Assembly: GCA_965222115.1 (NCBI GenBank)
Contig: CBDCTJ010000007.1
Coordinates: forward strand, 2,176,001 to 2,240,000
Direction of reading: 5' to 3'
Length of the DNA stretch: 64,000 bases
Origin: Planctomycetota bacterium
GTDB lineage: Bacteria; Planctomycetota; PLA2; JAEUHO01
Numbering within the stretch: position 1 is the first letter of the stretch; each line of letters opens with the position of its first letter. Of the stretch, positions 47,729 through 56,913 are shown piece after piece. The notes under the pieces are model-generated. The model was not told the origin of the DNA. It saw only the letters and a list, made by a program, of their open reading frames with translations, and ran no database searches. Both the position numbers and the translations under genes were made by a program.

Positions 47729-47770
47729 ACACGTATCCCAGGACACGTATTTCGGGACACGTATTTCGGG
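47729..47770 (+). repeat. Short direct repeat ACACGTAT x3 (GGACACGTATTTCG x2)
   Basis: Read directly; intergenic, upstream of the TPR/exb genes. Confidence 0.7.
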
Positions 47771-48099
47771 TTACGAACGGCGGCATTCTAAGGATGCGCC
47801 CTCTGACGGTCAATGCGACCCAAGGCACCCGCCGCGATTGCTTCCCCAAAACCAAGCAGGACGACCCGAACTCAGAAACCCGAAGGGCAGCAATTCGACG
47901 GGCAGGGCATCCGCGCAAAACGAAGAAAGCCTCACCGCTTCACGGCGAGGCCAGAACGGGCGTCGGGTCGGACGACCTGCACAGCAGTATACACGTGAAT
48001 TCCAACGATGCAAGCCCGCATGACGATCGCGAGCATTGACGGCCTGTGGCGACTCGCAGCACCTGCCACCTCGCTTCCGCGAACCCAACAAAAATGAGC

Positions 48100-48131
48100 G
48101 AAGGCCTTGAACCCTTCGATTCAAGGCCTTC
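48100..48131. terminator. Intrinsic terminator after secretin A, possibly bidirectional
   Basis: GAAGGCCTTGAA-N8-TTCAAGGCCTTC perfect 12-bp stem; T-runs follow on both strands. Confidence 0.8.
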
Positions 48132-48172
48132 TTTTCGCCACTCGGACGGGTCTCGCTACATCCCCGGATCGA

Positions 48173-51100
48173 CTAGCCGCCGGGGATCATCATGGGCACG
48201 GGCTCCATCATGGGCATCATCGGATCACACGGCGAACAAGGCGGCGCGGGATTCACGATGACGGGCTCGCACGGATCGCACACGTTGCAGGGTGCGGGCG
48301 CGGGCTCCACCATGACCGGAGCAGCCACGGGGCAAGGCACCGGCTCGGCCGGAATGTTGCACTGACCGCCTTCGCAGTCATCGCAATCTTCAAAGTCCAC
48401 GATGGGCACGTAGTCGCGTACGTCGAGCGGGGGGATGTCCAAGTTGTCCTTGGGCTCGCGCTCGGACAGCGAGACAACATTCGCACGCACCAAGATCATC
48501 AGGTTGCGGCGATTGACGAAGTTGCCCTTTCGCGTGAGCAGCATCGAGAGAATCGGAATCTTGGAGAGAATCGGTACTCCGCTCTCACGCACATCCTTCT
48601 CGTAGAACTTCATGCCGCCGATCAGCAACGTGCCGCCATCGGGCATGGTCACTGTTGTGCGGACCTTGCTCACTCGCAACTCGGGAATCTGCAATGTGAC
48701 GGGTGCGTTGGCACCAATCGGGCCCGATGCCAAGTTCGTGGTGAACTCGCCGATGGGACGAACCACTGTGGCAACGGTGGGGCGCAGTTCAAGCTGAATG
48801 AAACGACGGTCTGCCGAGACAACCGGGCGCACATCCAATACGACACCTTCCTGAATGGTCTGGATGACCGGGTTGGCGATATTGGACGCCTGGGCAATCT
48901 CAACTTCGTAGTCCTGCACATACGAAATCTGGTTGAGCACCGACACGTTGGCGCGCTGCGTGTTGTAAACCGTAATGCGCGGTGCGGTAATCTCCTGGAT
49001 GCGCTCCGACTTCTCAACCGCGCGAAGAATGACTTCTACGGCGGTGTCATCGAGGTAGGTGTGCTGGAAGGAGAGGCCACCCGTGTTGCGCAAGCGGTCG
49101 GGATCGCCGAAGCGACGAACCACGGTGTCGAAGAGGTTCTCGACACGACCGGCGTACGCGCCGTCGGAGTTGTCGTTGTAGAAGATACCGGCGTCGTTTG
49201 CCGTACCGACCGAGCTGGGCTCGGGGTTGGTACCAAACGGGACACCTGACGGGTTCGCCGACGTGCCAAAGAACACGTCATCGATTACGACGGGCGGACC
49301 CGAACCCTGTGTCTGGACCGGATTGACGCCGCTACCCAAGCCACGCACGTCTACACCTACGTCGCGCAGGAAGTTGTCTTCCGCGGTGAGGAAGCGCACT
49401 TCGAGGTCCACGAGAATGCCGCTGTTTGCGCGCAACTGACGAAGCAAATCGGAAATCTGTGCGTGGATCGCGGGCGTATTGCGCACGATCAGGATGTTGT
49501 TGCGGGGCTCGATGCTGGCGGGCTCTTCCCAGGCCGGCTCACCACCAATGGTGGTCTTGATCAGTTCGACCAAGTTTTCCGCAGCAATGATGGGCTCGGG
49601 TTCGGGGAGCTCAGGGGGTTCGGGTGCTGCGAAGTTCGACGGGACAAGATTGATGTCTTGGCCGATGAAATTCTGAATGGCTACGGCGAGGTCCTTGACG
49701 TCGTAGTAGTCAAGCTTCATCGTCTCCTGAACTTCGTCGGGCATGCTGATGTAAATCACGCCGCCGCGCGGGCCCCAACGCAGGTCGTACTGGCTGGTGA
49801 GCACGTCGAGCAGGTTGTAGACACTCACGTCGTCGAGTTCGAGCGTGAGTTCGATCTCTTCACCCTTCTCATCGCGCACCTTCGGCGTGACGTGGAAGTT
49901 GAGACCGGTGTAGACGCGGAGGTACTCGACGGCGCGGTCGAGCGTGGCGCCTTCCCACACAAGGCCCTTGACGCGCTTCTTGCGAAGTACGGCCATGACG
50001 GCTTCATTGGCAACGTCGGTTTCGCCCACGTCGCTGTCGCCCACGGAACGAGGCGTGCGGATGGCGATGTCTTCCAACCAGTTATCGGGGAAGCGAACCA
50101 CGTCGATCTGAGGAAGGGCGCTGCGCTCGAGGTCGAGCATGATGCTCTTCCATTGGTTGTCAAAGCGACGACGGTTCTCTACCTGGTTCTTCATGTGTTC
50201 CGCGTCGTGCGACATCTCAATGATGCGATTCGCGTCACAGTTGCCGGGGTCGGAGCGCAAGATGTTCTTGGCGTAGGTGCGAGCGAGTTCGTATTCGCCA
50301 CGGCGGAAGGCGCGGTGTGCACCCTCAAACCAACTGCGGATACGCGCCATGCGTTGTTCGCGAATGCCCGCGAGTTCGATTTCCTTTTCTTCTTGGGCAT
50401 CACGAATCTGCTCTTGGCGGTTGCGACGCTCCAAGACTTCGGCTTGGTACGACGTGTTGTCAATCAAGTCGCGAATGGCGGCGGCGCTCGTTCCAAAGTC
50501 ACCGGTCTCGTCGTACCAAGAAATGATGGCCAAGGCTTTTTGGAATTCCTTGACGGCTTCCTTGTAACGCTCTTCACCGGCAAGTTGAGTACCGTTGTTC
50601 AGATGCTTGCGCACTTCAGTAGAGGCCTGATCGCGGCGCACTTGCGATACCGACGTGCGGTCTTCGTGGTACTGATCGGCAGTGGATGCACGGTTGGGAG
50701 AAAGGCCGTGCCAGCCTTCGCGGGCAGCTTCGCTCTGCGGATCAATCTGAAGCGCCTTATAGAAGAAGTCGCGCGCCGCGTCCAAATCGCCAACCTCAAC
50801 GGCCGCACGACCTTTCTTTACGTACTGTTCGACGAGGAACTGATTGCGGCTACTGATGACATTGCCCATGTCTTCGGGCGTCATGCCACCCGCGGGACCC
50901 GCGTCACCATTGTCTGGTGATGGGGCTGGTAGGCCTTCCATGGTTGGACTGCTTCCGGCTGCACTACCCGACGTATCACCTGTTACCGGTGCAATGGCCG
51001 GAACAACGGGTGCAGCGGGCTGCATGAATGGAATCGCAGCAGCGGCATGGTTGGCAGCCGTGGTCGCTTCGACAACTGTGCCGTGTACTGCGTTACCGGC

Positions 51101-51427
51101 TTTCTCCGCAACGCCATTTGCCAGAGTTGCAGGCTCGGGGAATGCACCCTCAGCCTTCTTCGCAGCGCGCTTTGCTGCATCCTTCACAGCAGATGCTGCT
51201 TCGGACGCAAGCGGTTGCGCCTTAGCGGGAACGGGCGGTGTCCCGTATTCGGACGCATCAGGCGCGGCATCGGAATCGGATCCGAAGATGCCTTTCTTGC
51301 TATCAGGCGCGTCGCTCTTAGACGTGGACGATGCCGTATCGAGATCGCCGGTAACCGACGGACTCTGACAACCGACCGAAATGAAAAGCATTCCAATGAA
51401 TGCAAGGAATGGGGCAATACGCTTCAT
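48173..51427 (-). CDS. Secretin-family outer membrane protein A (lipoprotein, TPRs, Cys/Pro-rich tail)
   Basis: Lipobox SVGC; TPRs; LVDLEVRFL, APRITVYNTQRA, GVVLDVRPVVSADRRFI.L, TTVTMPDGGTLLIGG, VPILSKIPIL. Confidence 0.88.
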   Translation of the reverse strand: MKRIAPFLAFIGMLFISVGCQSPSVTGDLDTASSTSKSDAPDSKKGIFGSDSDAAPDASEYGTPPVPAKAQPLASEAASAVKDAAKRAAKKAEGAFPEPATLANGVAEKAGNAVHGTVVEATTAANHAAAAIPFMQPAAPVVPAIAPVTGDTSGSAAGSSPTMEGLPAPSPDNGDAGPAGGMTPEDMGNVISSRNQFLVEQYVKKGRAAVEVGDLDAARDFFYKALQIDPQSEAAREGWHGLSPNRASTADQYHEDRTSVSQVRRDQASTEVRKHLNNGTQLAGEERYKEAVKEFQKALAIISWYDETGDFGTSAAAIRDLIDNTSYQAEVLERRNRQEQIRDAQEEKEIELAGIREQRMARIRSWFEGAHRAFRRGEYELARTYAKNILRSDPGNCDANRIIEMSHDAEHMKNQVENRRRFDNQWKSIMLDLERSALPQIDVVRFPDNWLEDIAIRTPRSVGDSDVGETDVANEAVMAVLRKKRVKGLVWEGATLDRAVEYLRVYTGLNFHVTPKVRDEKGEEIELTLELDDVSVYNLLDVLTSQYDLRWGPRGGVIYISMPDEVQETMKLDYYDVKDLAVAIQNFIGQDINLVPSNFAAPEPPELPEPEPIIAAENLVELIKTTIGGEPAWEEPASIEPRNNILIVRNTPAIHAQISDLLRQLRANSGILVDLEVRFLTAEDNFLRDVGVDVRGLGSGVNPVQTQGSGPPVVIDDVFFGTSANPSGVPFGTNPEPSSVGTANDAGIFYNDNSDGAYAGRVENLFDTVVRRFGDPDRLRNTGGLSFQHTYLDDTAVEVILRAVEKSERIQEITAPRITVYNTQRANVSVLNQISYVQDYEVEIAQASNIANPVIQTIQEGVVLDVRPVVSADRRFIQLELRPTVATVVRPIGEFTTNLASGPIGANAPVTLQIPELRVSKVRTTVTMPDGGTLLIGGMKFYEKDVRESGVPILSKIPILSMLLTRKGNFVNRRNLMILVRANVVSLSEREPKDNLDIPPLDVRDYVPIVDFEDCDDCEGGQCNIPAEPVPCPVAAPVMVEPAPAPCNVCDPCEPVIVNPAPPCSPCDPMMPMMEPVPMMIPGG

Positions 51428-51760
51428 CCCGAAATCCATCCTTTCGCTCGTAGACGATGGACGTTGCTATAGCGCATGCGGATCAACACCCGCACACGGT
51501 TCGCAACAATCACGAACGCTCCGGTTTGCGCAAAATGTGCAGTTGACTCAACTCGCGCACGGCCCCTGATTTAGGGGGGGTGTGCACCCAGTGGAATTCG
51601 CCTGCCTCTTACGCGAACCGCTCCTCCCTCCCTGGAGGATGCCTTCGCCGGTCGATATGGAAGTTTGAGCCTGTCATGTCCACGTCACCTGTACCCCCCG
51701 GAAATCGAGTCTTTTGGGGTATTGGCTTACCTATCACCCCCCTGACGTAGACTTCCGACC

Positions 51761-52567
51761 ATGACGTCGAACGACACATCCGGGGATCGCGCACTCGTGG
51801 AAGTGCTTGCTTGGATGCGACGCGCCGCGGGACCCATGCTGCCATCCGATCAACCTCCAATTGCATTTGGCGGGGCCGCATCCACGTCGATTTCAACCCG
51901 TGACCCATCCTCCGGCGTAGCTTCTGAGCAGCCTTCCACGTCCGTCAAAGCCCATCGTTCTGCGAGTTCAACGCCTTCGCTCTCCTCAGAGGAACGTAGT
52001 AATGCGATGCAACGATTGGCTGCGGACGCGGCGTCGTGCACCCGCTGCGTCTTGTGTGAGACCCGCAATCAGGTTGTGTTTGGTGAAGGCTCCCTCAAGC
52101 CCCGGTTGGTGGTCGTGGGCGAGGGGCCTGGCGCCAAGGAGGATCAGACGGGACGCCCATTTGTTGGGCCCGCAGGGCAGTTGTTGGACCGAATGTTGGC
52201 CGCGATTGGCTTGGATCGCACCTCGGTCTACATCTGCAATGTCGTCAAGTGTCGTCCGCCAAGCAACCGCGATCCGCGTCCGGGAGAGGTTGGCGCATGT
52301 CGTCCATTCCTCGATGAGCAATTGAGACTCCTAGATCCCGAGCTTGTGCTCACGGTGGGGGCGCCGGCAAGTCGCACGGTGCTTCAGACCCAGCGCGGAA
52401 TCACCAGCTTGCGGGGCCGCATTCACACGACGTCGCGCGGCCTACGCGTGCTCCCCACGTTTCATCCGGCCTATCTCTTGCGCAATCCCGCTGCAAAGCG
52501 CGATGCCTGGGCGGATATGAAGAAGGTCGCAGCGCTTCTGGAGATTGAGATTCCCAGCCGCAGATAG
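51761..52567 (+). CDS. udg: Uracil-DNA glycosylase family 4 (Fe-S)
   Basis: CTRC.L, VGEGPG..ED..GRPFVG.AG.LL, NVVKCRPP.NR.P, TFHPAYLLRNP. Confidence 0.93.
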   Translation: MTSNDTSGDRALVEVLAWMRRAAGPMLPSDQPPIAFGGAASTSISTRDPSSGVASEQPSTSVKAHRSASSTPSLSSEERSNAMQRLAADAASCTRCVLCETRNQVVFGEGSLKPRLVVVGEGPGAKEDQTGRPFVGPAGQLLDRMLAAIGLDRTSVYICNVVKCRPPSNRDPRPGEVGACRPFLDEQLRLLDPELVLTVGAPASRTVLQTQRGITSLRGRIHTTSRGLRVLPTFHPAYLLRNPAAKRDAWADMKKVAALLEIEIPSRR

Positions 52568-52725
52568 CATGATTTTATATGTATTTTGCAAATATATGCG
52601 GGTTAGCAGGGCAGCGGGGGCGTGGAATGGGCTCCGGGGGCGCAAAATGACGTCAATATGACCACCGAGGGGTTCACTACGCGCCCCCTCGCGCGCTTCA
52701 GACATCGCGCGGAGCGGGCGAGGGA

Positions 52726-55700
52726 GTGCAAGTGTCGCCCAGATCGCCAAATGTCACCGGATCCTCATCGAGTGGGTGGATTCGATACTTGCTGGGCCGA
52801 ATCGGGTCGAGTCAGGCTCGGTTGTATGCACTGGGATGTGCGACGCTCGCGCTACTTGTTCACTCCGGATTACGCGAGGGCGGCATTTGGCGCTATGACT
52901 CGCTCGACGCCGGTGACCGCTCGCTCTGGGCCAACGTGTCTGACTTTAGTGTTGGCAAAGAGGGGGGCTTCTTTCCGCTTCGCGATCTCAGCCTTTCGCT
53001 CGACCGTTGGCTCGCCACCGATCTCTTTGGACAGCGTGACGCGGTCGCGTGGGCTCATTCAGTTAGTTGGATACTCTTCGCCTGCGCGGTGTTGCTCTTT
53101 GTCTATCTGATGTACGACATCAGTAAGAACCGTGGCATTGCCGGCTTGGCTGGCTTATTCATGGCCACGCATCCTCTCTTTGTTGAAAGTGTCGCGTGGG
53201 TATCACGCCGTGGCGATGTGTTGGCGCTCGTGTTTTTATTTGCCGCGCACTTGCGTTGGCGATGGGGGCGCGAACGACAACAGTTGTTTCCTTTGGGCGC
53301 GTTGGTCTTGCTTGCAGCCGCTACACTTTCGCGCTCGTGGGCGTGCATGTATGGACTTGTGTTGTGGCTCGACGCGTGCATGGCCGCCAAAGAACACGAA
53401 GAGTCTAAGGCCAGCGACACAGTAGCCCTAGCGTCATCGCGCATCGTTCCACTTGTACTGCTTACGGTAGCGGGTGTTGCTTGGGAATTTTTGCGCCCTC
53501 GCAATTTGAGTGGCGCGACGTCCGTCGATGCGATGGAAGGTGCTACATCGAGTCTTGCGTCGTTTGTCTATGGGCTGATTGCACCGATTGGCCGTGCATT
53601 TGAGACGTTTCCAACACCGGGCGTCTCAACCATCCTCGCTGGATTGGGCGCCTTGGCGCTGCTTGTTTCATTGGTCCTCTTGATCGCTCGGCGCTCACGG
53701 TTGCGCGCAGTGATGGCGTTGGGGTTATGCATTTGGGTCGTGATGTGGCTTGGTCACAACGGTTGGTGGCCGTCGCGTTCGCCGGTATTTATGGATCACT
53801 ACGGTGCGCTCGCGCTGCCTGGATTGCTCGCCGTTGTAGCGGCCCTCCTGCGAGGTCCGCTTGCATGGCTTGGTGTTCTGGCCGCGTTGTTCTTTGGTTA
53901 TACGACGTGGCAGAGTTCGCCACGCTTTCGTAGCGACGAGGCGCTCCATACCCACGCGTTAGAGAATGGGGGCGGCGCACGTGCGTCGGTTGGGCTTGGC
54001 CGCGCGCTCATGCGTGGAACGTCGCCGGACTACACGCGTATCCTCGCGTTGAGCGATAGGGCCATCGCGTCGACCGAGGGCGGTGTGCTCGTAGCCGACG
54101 CAAACGCACTGCGCAGCCACGCGCTTTTCGGCTTGAATCGACCCGATGAGGCGCTGGATGCTGCAAATGCATCGGTGCGGCATGCTGAACGGCTCAGTGA
54201 CAACGTACGTGCCGTTACACGACGACGCACGCAGGCACGTGCACACGTAGGACGCGGGCGCTCATTGCAGGCCATAGGCGACACCTACTCTGCGCAAGAT
54301 GCGCTGCGACGCGCCGTCTTATTGGATCCAGACAACGCGTTGGCGCGACGAGCGTATGGATCGTTGTTGGCGTCGTCGCGAGACCCCAGCGCCATGCGTG
54401 AGGCCGTTACGCATTTACAGCGTGCGGTGGACTTGCGTCCGGAAGACGCCGCCTCGTCCATGGCGCTGGCCAATGCTCACACGCTGCTTGGCGATGGTCC
54501 GGCCGCAATCGCAGCCTTGGAACGCGCCATCGATCGTCACGGTCGTACGCCGGATTTGATTTACGCGCTCGCAAGCGTCCACATCCAGGCCACGCGCGAC
54601 TATGAACGTGCGCGTACACTGCTCCGCGAGTTGCAAGATGTCGCGCCACAGCACCCCAAGGGATCGCGCTTGCAGTGCGACCTGCACATGGCACGCGGGC
54701 GTACGCTATTTGATGAAGCACGAGCGAATCGCAAGGGGTACGCGGCTGCACTGGAGCAGTTTGACTTTGCGCTTGAGGCCGATTCCAAACGATGGGAAGC
54801 CCATATGTGGGCCGGGGATGTGCGCGCCGCGGAAGGACTCTACCCTCTCGCGGTCAATCGCTATCGCGACGCAAAGCAACTCGCGCCGGGCGAGCGTTGG
54901 ATCGCCGGTGCTGTGGCACGCGCACTCGCACTCGAGAGCGCTTGGCTCACGTCGCGGACGGACGATCCCGATGAGTTGCTGGCGGCCGCCGAGCGGTTGG
55001 CGCTTGCTTTGGACTCCGACGCCACGCGTATTGACTTGGGCTTTGCCCCTCTCGAAGATGAACTCGCAATTTTGCGTGAGGTCCGCGCCCATTTGCGCGG
55101 CGACGACGCCATTGTGAAACACCTTGCGGGCGGCGTCCTGTGTGGTGCTGCGTGCCTTGTGGCCGGGGATGAACGTGGCGCGGTCAAACACATTCTCACA
55201 ACGCTTCAGCGCATGACGGAACACGCAACGCCCGCACCATTGGTGGACGCATGTCTTCTGATGCGCGCGATTCTCTATGAGCGCACCGCCAACTTGGACG
55301 AGGCACGCCGTGACTATGACATGCTCCGTGATCGCCGATCGGACGATGTATTGCCCAAGCTGCGCTTGCTGCAAATCGAGCTGCGTGCGGCGATAGCGCG
55401 TCGCAAAACGGCCGAGGGCTTCCCGGATGAAAAGGAGACGCTGAAGAAACGTTCCGAGGAAGTTGCAAGGACAGCGGCTCGCATTGTGGCGTTTGCTGAT
55501 AGGCATCGCGCGTCGACGTCGGCGGGTCTTCTTGCTGTTGAAGCCGAGATGCATCAACGACGTTGGACGCCTGCCCTTGCACGACTCAATGACCTCGTGG
55601 AACGTTTCTGCGAACGCGAGGGTAAGGCGCCAGCGCAAGGCTGCTCGTCGGTGTATCGCGGCTACAACATGGTGTACTTGGATCAGTATCTACAGAACGC

Positions 55701-56901
55701 CGATGTGTCGTTGCTTCGCGCGGGGCATGCGGCCGTGGCCAAGGCACTACGACTCGATCGGCGTGACGCGCGAGCTCTGCTTGATGCCGCGCGGCTGGCG
55801 CGCATTGGACAGAACCCGCGGCAAGCATTGAAGCTCGCCCGCGAAGCGTATGGCTATGAGATCAAGCGTGGTGGTCCCGCCGCGCGGCTCTTGGCAGACC
55901 TGCATGTGCAAATGGGCGAGAAGGCCTTGGAGGATGGCCGAGCCGACATCGTCGAGCGCGCCATACGCGATGCGCGAACCGTGGATGCGTCTCATGCAGG
56001 CAGCTACCTCTTGCAAGCCAAGTTAATGTTGAAGATCCGCAAGATGACGATGCGCGAGCGGTACAACCGCGCCATTCAGGTTGCGCTGCGTGCTAAGGAG
56101 TTGGAACCCACCAACAACAAGGTCAATTCGTTCCTCGCGCAGTGTTACAAGATCAAAGGCACGGAGGCGCTGCTAGCGATGAGTGGTGTCCGTCGGCCCA
56201 AGAAGCCTGAGACTGCAAAGGACTGGTCCACGTTATCGGACGACGAACAAGAACGTCGCCGAGAGGCATGGCAAACCTATGTCACGGAGACCATGCCCGC
56301 GAAACGACGCCAATGGCGCGCACGTGCGGTGGACTATATGCACCAAGCACTTGTCTTGGATCCGCGAGCGGACGATGCGGAAGAAACACGCAAACGAGTC
56401 GAAGAGCTCAAGGCTACCGATCCCGAAGCGCGGTTCGAGCGCCGTCAGTTGGCGCAAAAGGCCTACGAGCGTGCCGAGTCGCTGCGCAGCCAAGGTAAGC
56501 CCATTCGCGCGTTTCACGCCTACGAACGTGCTGTGGAACTTCATCCGCGCTTCGAGCGTGCCCACTTTCGTCTGGCGCAAGTGGCCTACAAGAGCATTTT
56601 CGGGTTGCGCGCAAGCGACAAGAAGGAACGTGCCACCATCGACCGGCTTATTACGCGCGCGTTTCAATCCCTGCAGGTCTTGGATCAAATCGATCCATTC
56701 GACCGCTTTCCCGAACGTTGGCTCTACCGCGGTCTACTCAACCGTTGGCTCTACCGCGCCGACAAGCAGGAAGAAGCCAAGGTTGCTGCTATGCGTGCCT
56801 ACACGCGCTTTTTGCGTCTAAAGGAAGTTGCACGCGCCGATGCGGATAAGAACACCGAGATCGCAACGGCGCATTTGCGCATCCTCGAAGAGTCCAAGTG
56901 A
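52726..56901 (+). CDS. TMTC-like multi-TM protein with very long TPR array (1391 aa)
   Basis: FFPLRDLS..LD, HPLFVESVAWVSRRGDVL; ~10 TMs then ~950 aa of TPR-like repeats. Confidence 0.78.
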   Translation: MQVSPRSPNVTGSSSSGWIRYLLGRIGSSQARLYALGCATLALLVHSGLREGGIWRYDSLDAGDRSLWANVSDFSVGKEGGFFPLRDLSLSLDRWLATDLFGQRDAVAWAHSVSWILFACAVLLFVYLMYDISKNRGIAGLAGLFMATHPLFVESVAWVSRRGDVLALVFLFAAHLRWRWGRERQQLFPLGALVLLAAATLSRSWACMYGLVLWLDACMAAKEHEESKASDTVALASSRIVPLVLLTVAGVAWEFLRPRNLSGATSVDAMEGATSSLASFVYGLIAPIGRAFETFPTPGVSTILAGLGALALLVSLVLLIARRSRLRAVMALGLCIWVVMWLGHNGWWPSRSPVFMDHYGALALPGLLAVVAALLRGPLAWLGVLAALFFGYTTWQSSPRFRSDEALHTHALENGGGARASVGLGRALMRGTSPDYTRILALSDRAIASTEGGVLVADANALRSHALFGLNRPDEALDAANASVRHAERLSDNVRAVTRRRTQARAHVGRGRSLQAIGDTYSAQDALRRAVLLDPDNALARRAYGSLLASSRDPSAMREAVTHLQRAVDLRPEDAASSMALANAHTLLGDGPAAIAALERAIDRHGRTPDLIYALASVHIQATRDYERARTLLRELQDVAPQHPKGSRLQCDLHMARGRTLFDEARANRKGYAAALEQFDFALEADSKRWEAHMWAGDVRAAEGLYPLAVNRYRDAKQLAPGERWIAGAVARALALESAWLTSRTDDPDELLAAAERLALALDSDATRIDLGFAPLEDELAILREVRAHLRGDDAIVKHLAGGVLCGAACLVAGDERGAVKHILTTLQRMTEHATPAPLVDACLLMRAILYERTANLDEARRDYDMLRDRRSDDVLPKLRLLQIELRAAIARRKTAEGFPDEKETLKKRSEEVARTAARIVAFADRHRASTSAGLLAVEAEMHQRRWTPALARLNDLVERFCEREGKAPAQGCSSVYRGYNMVYLDQYLQNADVSLLRAGHAAVAKALRLDRRDARALLDAARLARIGQNPRQALKLAREAYGYEIKRGGPAARLLADLHVQMGEKALEDGRADIVERAIRDARTVDASHAGSYLLQAKLMLKIRKMTMRERYNRAIQVALRAKELEPTNNKVNSFLAQCYKIKGTEALLAMSGVRRPKKPETAKDWSTLSDDEQERRREAWQTYVTETMPAKRRQWRARAVDYMHQALVLDPRADDAEETRKRVEELKATDPEARFERRQLAQKAYERAESLRSQGKPIRAFHAYERAVELHPRFERAHFRLAQVAYKSIFGLRASDKKERATIDRLITRAFQSLQVLDQIDPFDRFPERWLYRGLLNRWLYRADKQEEAKVAAMRAYTRFLRLKEVARADADKNTEIATAHLRILEESK

Positions 56902-56913
56902 GGGTTCGTAACG

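Noticed and set aside
49463-50920. 485-aa plus-strand ORF (and 48107-49249)
   Set aside because: Antisense to secretin A; composition reflects reverse-complemented biased codons.
34205-51427. Canonical type II secretion or type IV pilus locus
   Set aside because: No ATPase, prepilin N-methylation motif or platform protein in the window; only secretins are present.
51761-52567. Phage marker (family-4 UDG is often labelled phage SPO1 polymerase-related)
   Set aside because: Common cellular repair enzyme; no phage genes nearby.
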